From: Paraspadella gotoi
Taxonomy: Eukaryota > Animalia > Chaetognatha
Assembly: GCA_051294375.1 (NCBI GenBank)
Contig: CM119265.1
Coordinates: 24,282,356 to 24,346,355, forward strand
DNA length: 64,000 nucleotides
Direction of reading: 5' to 3'
Below the pieces are notes generated by a model. That model saw only the letters and a list, made by a program, of their open reading frames with translations, was not told where the DNA came from and ran no database searches. Both the position numbers and the translations under genes were made by a program. Every line of letters begins with the position of its first letter. The stretch's first letter is position 1. Positions 27,640 through 39,700 of the stretch are shown here, piece by piece.

Positions 27640-30600
27640 AGAGAAGAGGGAAACGCGGGGATCCGACTTCGATTTTGATGTAATTGTTGACACTGGAGAT
27701 CGAGACGTTTAGACGTCGTCAAGACTTTGGAGTCGCGTGGATTCTTTGGACTGAGTGACTGACCTTGACTGACGGACAGAAGGGCGGAGAGACGTACGGA
27801 TGAATTGATGGAAAAATGATTGATTGCTGAATCTAGGAAAGTATAAAAATAAATAGGAAGAAAGGGAATGAATTCAAAATTATAAATAAATGACCTAAAG
27901 ATTGAATGAATGAATGAATGAATGAATGAATGAATGAATGAATGAATGAATGAATGAATGAATGAATGAATGAATGAATAAATAAATGTATGAATGAATG
28001 AACTAATGAATGAACAAATGAATGAATGATAATTCGGATATTTTTCTTCCATTTTATCATTTTATTTAACATTTTACTCGAGCGTAAATGGAATAAAAAA
28101 GACTAACGATTTCTGTTTCCACCGGAAACGATTTTCAACCTCCTTATGTTCGCTTTTCATCATCCAATCTCTCTCTCTCNNNNNNNNNNNNNNNNNNNNN
28201 NNNNTTTCCTCTCTCTCTTTCTCTTCATCTCTCTCTTCTCTCTTCTGTCCCTGACCTGTGTTTGTTTGCTCCCGAATGCTGTTCAGATCTTGCTTATTGT
28301 TTCCCTCCCTCATAGATATTTTTTAATCGAGAGCAGACCGGGCGATAGCCGGTCCTGTCTCTATAATAATTCGCTTTGGCGTTCTTTGTGGCCGTAGTCG
28401 TCGTCGTCGTCTGCGTCACGCTTTTTTGCATCATGGCTTCTAAAAGTGTGATATCATAGGGAATTGAAAATTTATATATGGCTTCTAATCATCAAGATCT
28501 TTAAATTCCCATGTTTCATATCAATATTCCTATTTGTTTTATCTGTTTATTACAAAAACAAAACCTTTTTAATTATATGTCTCTCTTCCCTCTTCTCTTT
28601 CGTTTTAATTATATGTCGCTCTCTCTCTCTCTGCTCTTTTTTTATTCAGTCACTGGCTTTCTGATTTGGTCTAAAAAACGAGTTCTGGCTCTGCAGCAGT
28701 CGTGCAGCGTCGTCCGGCCTTCTTTCTCCTCTCTCTGCTCCTCTCTCTCTCTCTGTTTAACAAAAAAAATTTATATTATAATGTTAGTAATTAATATATA
28801 TAATATTGAGGGTCTCACAATATGAAAGACGATGCCGTCAGCAGTTTAAATCCATTCTCCTCCTTTTTGTTTCTTTTTTTTTCTGTTTTTTTTCCCACTT
28901 TTCTTGGTCATGAATCATAATGGCCGCGAACCCCGAGTCCTTCAGATTGGAGGAGTCGCGCTAACTCGGGCGCCATAGGTACGTTTTATTAGAAGTAAGA
29001 GTAAAAGGGCTGTGAGCTTTCTCTCTTCTCTTTTTTTCTCCGTCGCTGCTGCATCTGATTCCAGCGGCTGTCAGGCTTTCTCTCTATCTCCTCTTTTGAT
29101 TATATGGTCGATCTCTCTTTCTGTCTTTTTTTTTGTAAATAGGGGAAGCCCCCTCTCAATGGGGTGAACTCAAAAATTTAGTATGGAACCTGCTCAGAAC
29201 AAAATTTTTAGGCATTTTTAAGTATACTTTCAATGTACAGAAAAATTTTTTATATGGATCATGAACCCAAAATATTTATTTTTAATCTTTATTTATAGAT
29301 AGGAAAAGAGTTTGGCCCTACTGCAGATTCGTGGAAAAATCGAGTTCAGCTCTGCGATGCGGCGGTCCAGCTTCTCTCTATCTCTCTCTCTCACTCTTTC
29401 TCTCTCTCTCTCTCTGATTTATTTTTTCTTTCTGGAATAGGGGAAGCCCCTCTCAAAGGGGTGAGTCAAAAATTTAGTTTGGGAAACAAGCTCAAAGGAA
29501 AATTTAAATACATTTTTAATTTACTTTCCAATGTACAGGAAAATTTTTAATATGACTTTATACCCAAGTATTTATTTTTTAATATTTATTTATAGAAAGG
29601 GAAAGGAGTTCGGACCCTATTCAGATTCGTTTAAAAACGAGTTCAGCTCTGAAGCGGCTGTCCAGCGGCTGTCCAGCTTTTCTCTCTCTCTCCTCTCTGT
29701 GTCTCTCGTCTCTTTGTCTCTTGCTCTCTGGTCTCTGAGTGTCTCTCTCATCCTCTTTCTCTCTCTCTGATCTCTTTCTCTGTGACCGACTCTCTTGCGG
29801 TGATCGTTAGCGTTTTGTCGGGAGACCAAATTTTGATTATTTTTTTTCTCCTTCTAAAACTATTATTATCTGCCATGTTATTCTCGCGCTTATTTTCTCA
29901 ATGAAACAGAAAATCCCAAGATTTAATCCGAGTTTTTGTCGTTGGATTTAATTTTAGGCGGCTCTGAGATTTGGTCAGAATATGTTATGTTTGGTGAACA
30001 GAAGTTCGTTTACACTCATAGGCTCTCTATTCTCTGCTCTCTCATACCGCGTTTGTTTTATTATACGATGATGACTCAGTTCGCGTCAAATGAATGATAT
30101 CATCTGCATCAGCATGAATCAATATTATCGCATCAAATCATGCATCAATTTTTGGTTATGCATCGGCATGAAAATTATTGGTTATCATCGCAATTAATTA
30201 AATTAGCTATTACATCCAATCAAATTTACAAAAATCTCAATTTACTATTGACAATCAATAAATCAATTACTATTGATATCAAATCAGTTCATCAATCACT
30301 ATGGTTATCATCAGCGATCAATGATGATTATCATAAACGTCAAATGAAATGCTTATCATTATATTCAGTGTATAATTATCATCGTACCATAGTCGGGCGA
30401 ACTCGCTCGCACTTCTCTTCTAATACATGCGTCTCCTCAAAAAATAAAAAACAAATTTCTATCTTTTTTATTTGCCGGTTTATGTTTAATAAAGCTAAAA
30501 TCAGAACAATGTCTAGTTATTAAGTTCATTACGTTAGGCAGTGAATGTGTATTTTATTTTCTTTTATATATACGATTCAAGGTATTTTTTGTGGTTTGAA

Positions 30601-32460
30601 TTTCACATCAATTAAATGATCTTACTAGCAGTATGCAAAATTAGATTATAGTACTGTTTTTCTTAATTTTTTTTGAGTAGTAAGGGTCTGTCGAGATCCT
30701 TAATAGCGATTTTAAAGATTTTTTTTTACCGGATCTTTCTGCCGCTCCTACCATTGTCACACGCTGTTGCTCTTGAATCTCTAAAATATAACCTCGGACT
30801 GCGAGTTGCTACCCCTTGCGCCCTGCCCCGAAGGCATTTTGTTTGTACCTTTTCTCTCTCAATCAGCGTCTCCTCCTCTCGTCTCTGGTCGTCGACTCTG
30901 TCCTTTCTACTTTTCTATAATCTCTCGTCTGTTACTCTTCTGAATCATTACTGTTTCGCGGTATCCTAACTTTTGTCTCTTCCCGTATCAGTTTTCCATG
31001 CTTCCATCTCTTCCCCACTCTAGCTTCTAACCAGCCTCTTTCCCCAGGCTCCTCTCTCCTCTCTCCCATTCAACAAATTTTCTTGGCCTTTTCTCACCAC
31101 CCTCTCTCGCTCTCTTCTTCTCCAAATTCTCTACTCTTCTTCTCTCACTCTCTCTCTCTCTCCTTCTTTCTCTTCTCTCTGCTCGGTCGCTCTCTCGGTC
31201 TCAATGCTCTCTCATAGCTTCTTCGTCCTTTCTTTTCTCCCCCATCCACGTCTCGTACTCCGATCTACCTTTCTTTCTTCCACACGACCTATTATGCTCT
31301 TCCCAGTCAACTGCCTCTCTCTCCTATCTCTCTCATTCATCATTTTTCCTTGTGAGAGACGGCGTTTTCTCCTCGGAGTTGTGACGAAATCATAAAATCT
31401 TGGGTGAGGCGCGGAGCAGCGCGGCATAACGGAGGCAGAGGGCAAACGGCTATGTACGTGCGAGATGATCCAGGCGCGTAAAGACGGGCAGCGTATGAAC
31501 GGGCGCGTAGACGGGCGCGTGGACAGCAGTTAATGTAAGTGAAGGTACGGCGGGATTCGCCTCACTGTCTTGATCAGAGGGCGTCTGATGGTTTTATGTC
31601 ACCGGTCGATTACAGGTTTTGTCACCATTGCGCAAGAATATTGTCAGAAACGTTATGGGCAGATGAGATTAGTCTGAACTGAAAATAAAAATACTATGGC
31701 AGAGTGTGTAATTGGATCCTTTTTTTTACCTCTTTCTGCCTCCTACCCACCTCTCTCTTATCTCTAAATATTACCCTGCGAGTTCTACCCTGCTCCCTGC
31801 CGCATTTTTTACTTTTCTCTTCTCACCTCTCTCTCGTCTCTCGTCTCTCCTTTCTATTTCTATATCTCTCGTCTTTACCTCTGNNNNNNNNNNNNNNNNN
31901 NNNNNNNNNNNNNNNNNNNNNNNNNNNNNNNNNNNNNNNNNNNNNNNNNNNNNNNNNNNNNNNNNNNNNNNNNNNNNNNNNNNNNNNNNNNNNNNNNNNN
32001 NNNNNNNNNNNNNNNNNNNNNNNNNNNNNNNNNNNNNNNNNNNNNNNNNNNNNNNNNNNNNNNNNNNNNNNNNNNNNNNNNNNNNNNNNNNNNNNNNNNN
32101 NNNNNNNNNNNNNNNNNNNNNNNNNNNNNNNACCTATCTTCTACCTCTCTATCCCCAAGCACCTCTCTCTCCTATCTCTCTCATTCATCAATTTTCCTTT
32201 GACCGTTTTCTCCTCGAGTTGTGACGAAATCATAAATCTTGATTGAGGCCGCGGCAAACGGAGGCAGAGGCACGCGGTTTTGGCGCGTAAACGGGCGCGT
32301 AGACGGGCGCGTAGACGGGCGCGTGGACGGTTATGAAGTTAAGACGGGATCGCCCACTCTTGATCAGAAGGGCGCTAGGTTTGTCACACAAATNNNNNNN
32401 NNNAAACGTTATGCAGAGAGATTTCTGACTGAATAAAAAATATGCAGAGTTGTGTATGTG
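27640..32460 (-). repeat. Inverted counterpart of window 1-3050, lacking the 864-1055 and 1304-2850 insertions, with a local tandem duplicate (30720-31710 / 31715-32460)
   Basis: 27650-27805 is the reverse complement of 2853-3006; 27805-28165 of 770-1300; 28205-28325 of 590-700; 30720-31520 and 31715-32320 of 1-595. Confidence 0.85.
28327..30716. mobile_element. ~2.4-kb insertion of unknown class with an internal ~300-bp direct repeat
   Basis: Interrupts sequence that is contiguous at 580-610. Internal repeat starting ATAGGGGAAGCCCC at ~29138 and ~29437. Termini are noisy and the TSD is not resolved. Confidence 0.55.
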
Positions 32461-32529
32461 GGATTCGTTCCCGGCGCACTAACGGGCACGCAAATTGACG
32501 CGTAATTAGTCCCGTTGTTCGGCGCGTAT

Positions 32530-32730
32530 ATCAGCCCTTAGATCGGCGCTTAGATTAGCTCCTAGATCGGTTCTTAGATTGGTACTTAGTTTAGCTCCAA
32601 GATCGGCGCTTAGATTGGCGCTAGATTAGCTCCAAGATCGGCGCTTGGATTAGCTCGAAGATCGGCACTTAGATTAGCTCCNNNNNNNNNNGCTTAGATT
32701 AGCTCCAAGATCGGCGCTTAGATCGGCGCA
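32530..32730. repeat. ~24-bp minisatellite (TAGATTAGCTCCAAGATCGGCGCT)
   Basis: Several near-identical units; a longer noisy inverse array lies at ~26450-27030. Confidence 0.85.
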
Positions 32731-33091
32731 GAGAGAAGTAAGCCAAGGCAAGCATCACTGAGAAAGGAAAAGGTCAGGGCGCAGGCAGCGGAAAGCTAAG
32801 AGAGAGGATAACTCACGAAGCTGCGCACGAGACGAGGTAAGCTTAAAGGTGGCACAAGGGAAGTCAGGGAGGGATGGGTAGAAGGTGAGGAAAATGGAGA
32901 GGGAATCACGTTAAGAAGCGCGTTAGAATGGATTCACAGTCATTTTTAAAAAAACCTAAATTAATGTTTATTATATTATATTATTACAGAATTTTTAAGA
33001 GCTTAGATGCAGCCTGCAGGTATTAGTGTGTTTAACTGGGAGAGTGAGTTAGACAAGAAAGAGAGAGAGAAAAAGTAAGAGAGAGAGAGAA

Positions 33092-33136
<45 letters not shown>

Positions 33137-33832
33137 GCGCGACAGAGAGAAATAAAAAGAGAGAGTGACACTGTATTTAAGAATGATAGAGAGAGAGAGA
33201 GAGAGAGAGAGCGAAAGGTAAAGTGAGCTGAGGAAATTGAAAGTCTTAAACGATTCTTTGCTTATTGCTCCGAATAGAAAATACCACTTGCAACTTTGAA
33301 ATGTCGTCAGAGTAATTGAAGTCTCCGCCTTTCGTTCCCGTCGAGGATTTAAAATTATTGGATTTTGCTTCCCGTCCGCTCGATGCAACGGCGCGCCGAG
33401 GAAAGAAAATATATCGCTTTAAAATTCAAACCGATTTACATAAAACCCCCGTTTGCCAAGTAATATAAAATTTCACATTAAATCGCGAACTGTTTAATCT
33501 TGACCGTGGGACTTGGGATTTTTTTTTTCTGCCGTCATTGCCATCAAAGATATGGAATCGGAATCAAATCGGAATCGAATCGAATCAGTGACTCGGGTGA
33601 AATAAACCAAGGACTCGGTGGTTGGATGAATCACCATCGGAACTGACCAATGAGAAGAAGGGCTTCATGCCATCGGGAACGAGAGCCCGTGTTGATGATC
33701 CGATGGTACTGTATAAATATTGAGCGTCTTTGTATTGGTTCCATTCTGTCTCACACCGTTCTTCGTATATATTATCTGAGAATAAAATCCACTTTGGTTT
33801 CATGTTGAAATCTCTGTCTACATACTTAAATG

Positions 33833-33867
33833 TGGCGGCAGTGGTGGGATTCGAACCCACGCCTACT
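33833..33867 (-). pseudogene. 3' fragment of a tRNA-Leu-like sequence ending in CCA
   Basis: Minus strand reads AGGCGTGGGTTCGAATCCCACCACTGCCGCCA: T-arm plus acceptor strand like animal tRNA-Leu. No 5' half present. Second copy at ~24935-24970 (+). Confidence 0.6.
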
Positions 33868-35349
33868 ACTTACCTAAATGTTTCTCTGCGCAATCGCCAT
33901 CGCGTATTGCACAAACAATTGCAGACGCGAGACTTCGGTATTAAAGAATAGTCATCTTGAACGCCATTCACAAACCACCGCAGACCTCAGTGGTTCACCG
34001 TTATCCTTTTTTTAGCCATCAACGAGCGATATACGCCATTCACGCCACTGCCATTTCACGATTCCATCTATCACCATCTCTCTCCCACCCCAACCCTCTC
34101 TTCCCCTACACCTCCGCCGATCATAAGCCGGCAACTGCCTCGTTTTCATAACAAATGATCCAGAATCGGTCCGTGATTGAGAGTCCGTCCGGTCCGGTGC
34201 GGTCCGGTCCGGTCCGATCGTTAAACGCGCGATCTGAGTCGTGAATCAGTCGAGCGTGAGCGCGGACCCCAAGTGAAGACCGCGAGAAGTTCACTCGAGC
34301 GTGAACGATTTTTTTTTTTGATGAGCGTGATGAGAGGCCACTCCGGTGTTAAGAGATAAGTATTGATATAAAATAACTTAAGGGTTAAAGATGAGACGGG
34401 ATTTTAAAGGCACTTTTTTGAAATTAGTATATAACCGTTAACCAAATATAAAAATATTCATTCAATCAATAAACAAGCTTTTGAGATCCTGTCTTTGGCC
34501 TTATCATAAATAACACAAAAAAAACATACACCCACACACAAAACAACCTCAAATGACGAAAAAAAATTTGAACGAAGTCGCACTAATCGAGAGTCCGAGA
34601 AATTTTTCAGGTTCCTATTTTCCGCTTAAAACAGTTGGTCTAGTTTCTCTTTTATCTTGTGCCATGTGGTCGATCGACCAACCGACGAGGCCCGAAACTG
34701 GTTCTCATTTCCTCTCGTCTCGACTTTCATAACCGCGATGACTGGAATAACATATTTAACAAAGAAAATTTAAAAATTAGAAATTGTTGCCGCCGACAGA
34801 GTTAATTAATCTGTATTATAAAAAGAATCAATTAGTAGCTCAGTTTTGCTGCCGATCGGTGCGTGAAACAACCCCGTTAATCGATGTTTCTCCTCATTTC
34901 CCTTAAATACATTTAAAATATTGAATACAATATAAAATCACGTAATTCTTTTTTCCTTTCAAACAAAAGCTAATAAGTTCAAATTATCTATTTCTATATG
35001 AATTATCATACTATTTTCTTCCTAGCTAACGAGGAAAATTGAAAAACAATGATATTCAATAAACCACACTCCCAGTAAATAAAAATTAATATCACGTTTC
35101 CCTTTTGTCTTCTCTTTTTACCTCCCCTTTTTCCAGGAGAATTCGTTCTCAACAGATGTCGCTCCGCGCGACAAGAGATCGTGATCGGCGAGGAAAACAC
35201 ATTGGCACATGATGTCGTTCCCTCAGCGGGCATGCTGGCACGGATCACGAGAAGCGCCTCTCTCCTGCCGCCGTGAATCCACCCGTGGCCAGCCCGCCGT
35301 CGAGCTCATGCAGCCGGAGGTGGACGGTCAGTTGTGCGAACATACGGCG

Positions 35350-37935
35350 CGGACACTATATAGAGCTTCAGTAGGGTGGATGACGGAAAATAATTCACAG
35401 CCTCTGCTATCGCCACCAACACGACTACACTATGTGAGCTTAGTAGGGCGGTGGATGCACGAAAAAATATCACAGCGGCCTCGCTATCCGAAGCCCAGAA
35501 CGACTACACTATATTGAGCTTAGTAGGGTGGATGACGGAAAATATCACAGAGCGCTAAGACCTACATCCAATGCTACTTCCCGAGCACAAATGTGCAACT
35601 GGCATACCACATATTATAAAGTGAGCAATATAGTATAAAGAAGGAAATCATTAGATGAGAAGAATAAGAGGAACGCACAAATTAAAGAAAATATCATATG
35701 TTAAATTCTGAAACACATCGCAAGACCTATATTCGTGACAAGCAACAACCACGACATGTTACTGTAATTACCCCACCATCCACAAGCGCCAATCAACCTA
35801 TTTTAAATAATTATTTTCTTAAACTAATTATGAATAACAGCTTACACTTCATATTAGTACTAAGCAGTTGCTAGTTATCTGACGCGTGTGAGATATAAAT
35901 CAATAACACACAAGAATAAGGACCTCCAACTTAATCAGTGAGCACCAAAGTAACAACGCAGCCTAACCATTATGATTAGCTCTCCTTGAAAGAATACAAG
36001 GTCCTTGCACCGTAGTAGGATATGACGAGAGAGCAGGAGATTCCGACCTATCTCACAGCGGCCTCGCAATAATATCGGAGCGAAATCAGTAAACGACTAC
36101 TACGTATCCATGCAGCTTAGTAGGGCCTGGATGCAGCGGTGAGCAGAAAGAAATATCACCAGCGGACCGCCAGAGTTCGACAACGGCTATCGATCTGCTC
36201 AGAGTACGTTTCCTCATTATCCTATCTAAATCTTCTATACAAAACGTAAATTATTTAAGAAATGAGTCCCTGTGTAGGTAGAGGGTGCCAAAGAAATATA
36301 GACGAGAAGCAAGACAACATAATAGCCCGTAAACCAGAAGGTCGCCTCATGCCCGCTATCCGAAGCCAAGACAGGAAATCTTAAATGCACGTTTCTTACA
36401 CTAAGCTTATCGTTAGACTTGCCAATTAGTTATGGTGTAGAGAAGTACTCCACCGCAGGACACCAGACTAATCTACCTTAGATTGGCGTGCCCTCAGCCA
36501 TTATCATTGATAGTCTCAAGACAACGAGGCCGCGTCGTGACTCTACCTATTTATGTGTAATTTCCCGCTATGCCCAATGCTATGGAGTGAGTTCATCGTA
36601 TGAGCCAGGTGAAATAACTATCACGCCGTTTGTGCCTGCCTCTCTCCTTATCCTCCAGCCGAAGAGCGGACGAGCTAAGCGTAACCACAGCAGATCGCCA
36701 TAGAGGCTCGGACAGTAGGGCTCTGAACGGATCCGAGCGGGAACAATACCAAGCGTTCGCCTCGGCCCTAGTGCTATGCGCAGGGAACCGACTGTACACG
36801 CTCGATCATCGAGGACTTAGGAACCGGCCGTGGATGACGCGACAAAGTGCCAGCGAGCGGCCTTGGTCTGAGTGACTCGTCGAGACATTAATGGCAGAAG
36901 AAAAGAGGAACAGAAGAGAAGAGAAGAAAAACTGACACTGAGTATCGAGATTATGAGAAGGTGATGACGGACAGGAGAGAAGATATCACAGCATAAGAGA
37001 ACCTCGACTATCGAGCCAAGAACGCAGCGTAACACGAGAAGATATATGAGCACCTTTAGTAGGGTGGCATGACGGAAATATCACGAGGGCCTCGCTATCG
37101 AGCCAGCAACGACTACACTATATGGCCAGCTTAGTAGTGGTGGATACGGAAAAATATCACAGCGGCCTCGCTATCGAGCCAGAACGCACCTACACTATAT
37201 GAGCTTAGTAGGGTGGGTAAATGACGGAAAATTATCACAGGCCTCGCTTATCGAGCCAGAACGACTACACTATATGACGCTTAAGTAGGAGTGGATGACG
37301 GAAGAATCATCACAAGCGCCTCGCTATCGAGCCAGAACGACTACACTATATGAGCTTAGTAGGGTGGATGACGCGAAAATATCACAGGGCCTCGCTATCG
37401 AGCCAAGAACGCACTACCACTATATGAGCTTAGTAGGGGGATGCCACGGAAAATATCCACAGCGGCCTCGCCTATCGAGCCAGAACGACATACACTATAT
37501 GAGCTTAGTAGGCGTGGATGACGGAAAATATCACAGGCCTCCCTATCGAGCCAGCAACGACTACCACTATATGAGCTTAGTAGGGCTGGATGACGGAAAT
37601 ATCACAGGCGCCTTGTATTTGAGCCCAGAACGACTACACTATATGAGCTAGTTAGGTACCGGGATGACCGCGGAAATAATATCACCAGGCCTCGCTATCG
37701 AGCCAAAGAACGACTACACTATATGATGCTTCAGTAGGGCTGGATGACGGAAAATACTCCACAGCGCGCCTCGCTATCGAGCCAGAATGACTACACTATA
37801 TGAGCCTTAGCCTAGCGGTGGATGACCGGAAAATATCACCAGGCCTCGCTATCGAGCCAGAACGAACTAAAACACTATGAGTGAGCTTAGCTAGGGTGGG
37901 ATGACGCGAAAATTATCACAGGGCCTCACTATCGC
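35350..37935. repeat. Tandem array of ~69-bp units
   Basis: Consensus ACGACTACACTATATGAGCTTAGTAGGGTGGATGACGGAAAATATCACAGGCCTCGCTATCGAGCCAGA. About 3 units at 35350-35555 and about 12 at 37020-37935; only scrambled traces in between. Confidence 0.92.
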
Positions 37936-39411
37936 ATTCGTTTGGAGAGGCTGCTCTCGGCGGAACAAGGGTCAGAGTAAGTCCTGTTATACTGCTTAAT
38001 GCGTGAAGGAAGCACAATGGTTATCAAGAGGACGGTCATAAAGTATTTCATCAATATTATGTGACTTTGGTGTAACTAAGAAGCATTGAACGATTGAAAA
38101 TTTTAATGTCTTCAAACAAAAGCTGAGGCGTCACTTACCCATTTTTTTGCTCGGCTGTTGTGTCTACGTTGCCCCGTTCCTTTTATTTTACGAAAGAGAG
38201 CCACTACTTTAGATATATTATTGCTTAGAATATTTCTAAAAACATTTCTTTTTAAACGATTCTGAAAAAATTGTCATCTAGTTACCCCTCACTAATATCT
38301 ATACCTAATGACGTAGTTTATCGAATACTGAATAGTAAAAAACACAAAGAGAAAACAACAAAAAATGCGACCGAAGATTAGAGATCTGCTCACTCACATC
38401 CTAAAATTACAATCTACAATTCCTGAAATTACTGAATTCTAAACTATCGAATCTAAATCCGAAACTAAATCTGCAAACTAAATCAGAATCTTGAATGTAA
38501 ATCCTAAATCCTAAATCATAATCCAAATCTGCCAATCTACACAAATCCCTTGAAATCTACAAATCAGAATCTTACTGTAAATCTAAAAATCCGCCCTCCC
38601 GAAATCCATTCTTGTCCTTTTTCACGCGACACAAGCAGTCACTCGACCTTTTAATGCCTCACCACGAGATCACGTGACTATGATCGTCCATACAAAATAA
38701 AATCTATGACCCGCACGTCCACACTTATTACACGGCCTGNNNNNNNNNNNNNNNNNNNNNNNNNNNNNNNNNNNNNNNNNNNNNNNNNNNNNNNNNNNNN
38801 NNNNNNNNNNNNNNNNNNNNNNNNNNNNNNNNNNNNNNNCAAAAAAAAAAATTGTTTTTAAAAATCAAACATCAAATGGAGTGAACGATGAGGATATCGA
38901 ATAAAACTATCATTTTTAGATGTGGCGAAACAAGTTTCGTTTCTTAGACTCTGGATTCACCTTCGCAACAATTCCTTAAAAGTAGCGGGGATAAGTGATT
39001 TTCAAAGGCGATAATTTTCCTTTTCATTCTCTTTATTTTGCGAAGTAAAAGAGGAAAGAAAATAAAGGAGAAACTGAAGATAAATCTAATTTTGACTAAA
39101 GAGTTCATAGCATCTTCCACATAGTTTCTTTTTTCTATCAATTTTTATTCTCTCCTTTCATTCTTCTTTCCTTTTTTTTCTTATTCTTCTTTGGGTCAAT
39201 TTTTTCTGCAAATTTTCCTCTTTTCTCTCGTTGTTTACTTTCCTCTTCTCTCTTCCCTCTCGGTCGACTTTTCTTTTCACTTCACCCACTGTTTTCTTCT
39301 TCAGCTTTCCCTCCCCACCTTTCCCTTTCCCACTTTACAACAACCCCCTTTCTTCGCCAATCACACACCACTAAGCCTCAGCCACCCTGAGCCCAACCCC
39401 CACCCCCAAAA

Positions 39412-39700
39412 ATGGGATCCTGGACGGACATCTTCGCCTTTCATCGGAGCCTGGTCGATCTTCCTCGGTGCTCTCGTCGTTCCTCAGTTGGTCTTACTAC
39501 AACGTTCTCTGCGATTTGACGCTCGTCTTCAACAACAGCTTCATCCTCGTCGCCTGCGTCGTCATCAACACTTTCGTGGTGACGCCGCTCTTCGTCGTGA
39601 CGCGGCGTCACTTTCGGATGACGTGGCGTCAATGGATCGGCGCATGGCGTTCGGTTCCATCGACAATTTCTTGATCGTCCTCATGTCCTTTGCGTTTCAG
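39412..39700 (+). CDS. DMT/EamA (SLC35G-like) multi-pass transporter, exon 1
   Basis: ATG at 39412. Hydrophobic sequence MGSWTDIFAFIGAWSIFLGAL..SFLSWSYYNVLCDLTLVFNNSFILVACVVINTFVVTPLFVV...MAFGSIDNFLIVLMSFAFQ after ~3 single-base indel corrections. CAG|GTTGG donor, phase 0. Confidence 0.7.

Noticed and set aside
33800-33900. Functional tRNA-Leu gene or prophage-like att site
   Set aside because: No D-arm, anticodon arm or 5' acceptor strand, and no integrase or phage genes nearby.
35560-36950. Unique cargo or ORFs within the 69-bp array
   Set aside because: Contains scrambled traces of the same unit (e.g. ~36050-36200), consistent with a low-quality long-read segment rather than real novel sequence.
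35350-37935. CRISPR-like array
   Set aside because: Units are head-to-tail with no unique spacers, the variation is indel noise, there are no cas genes and the context is eukaryotic.
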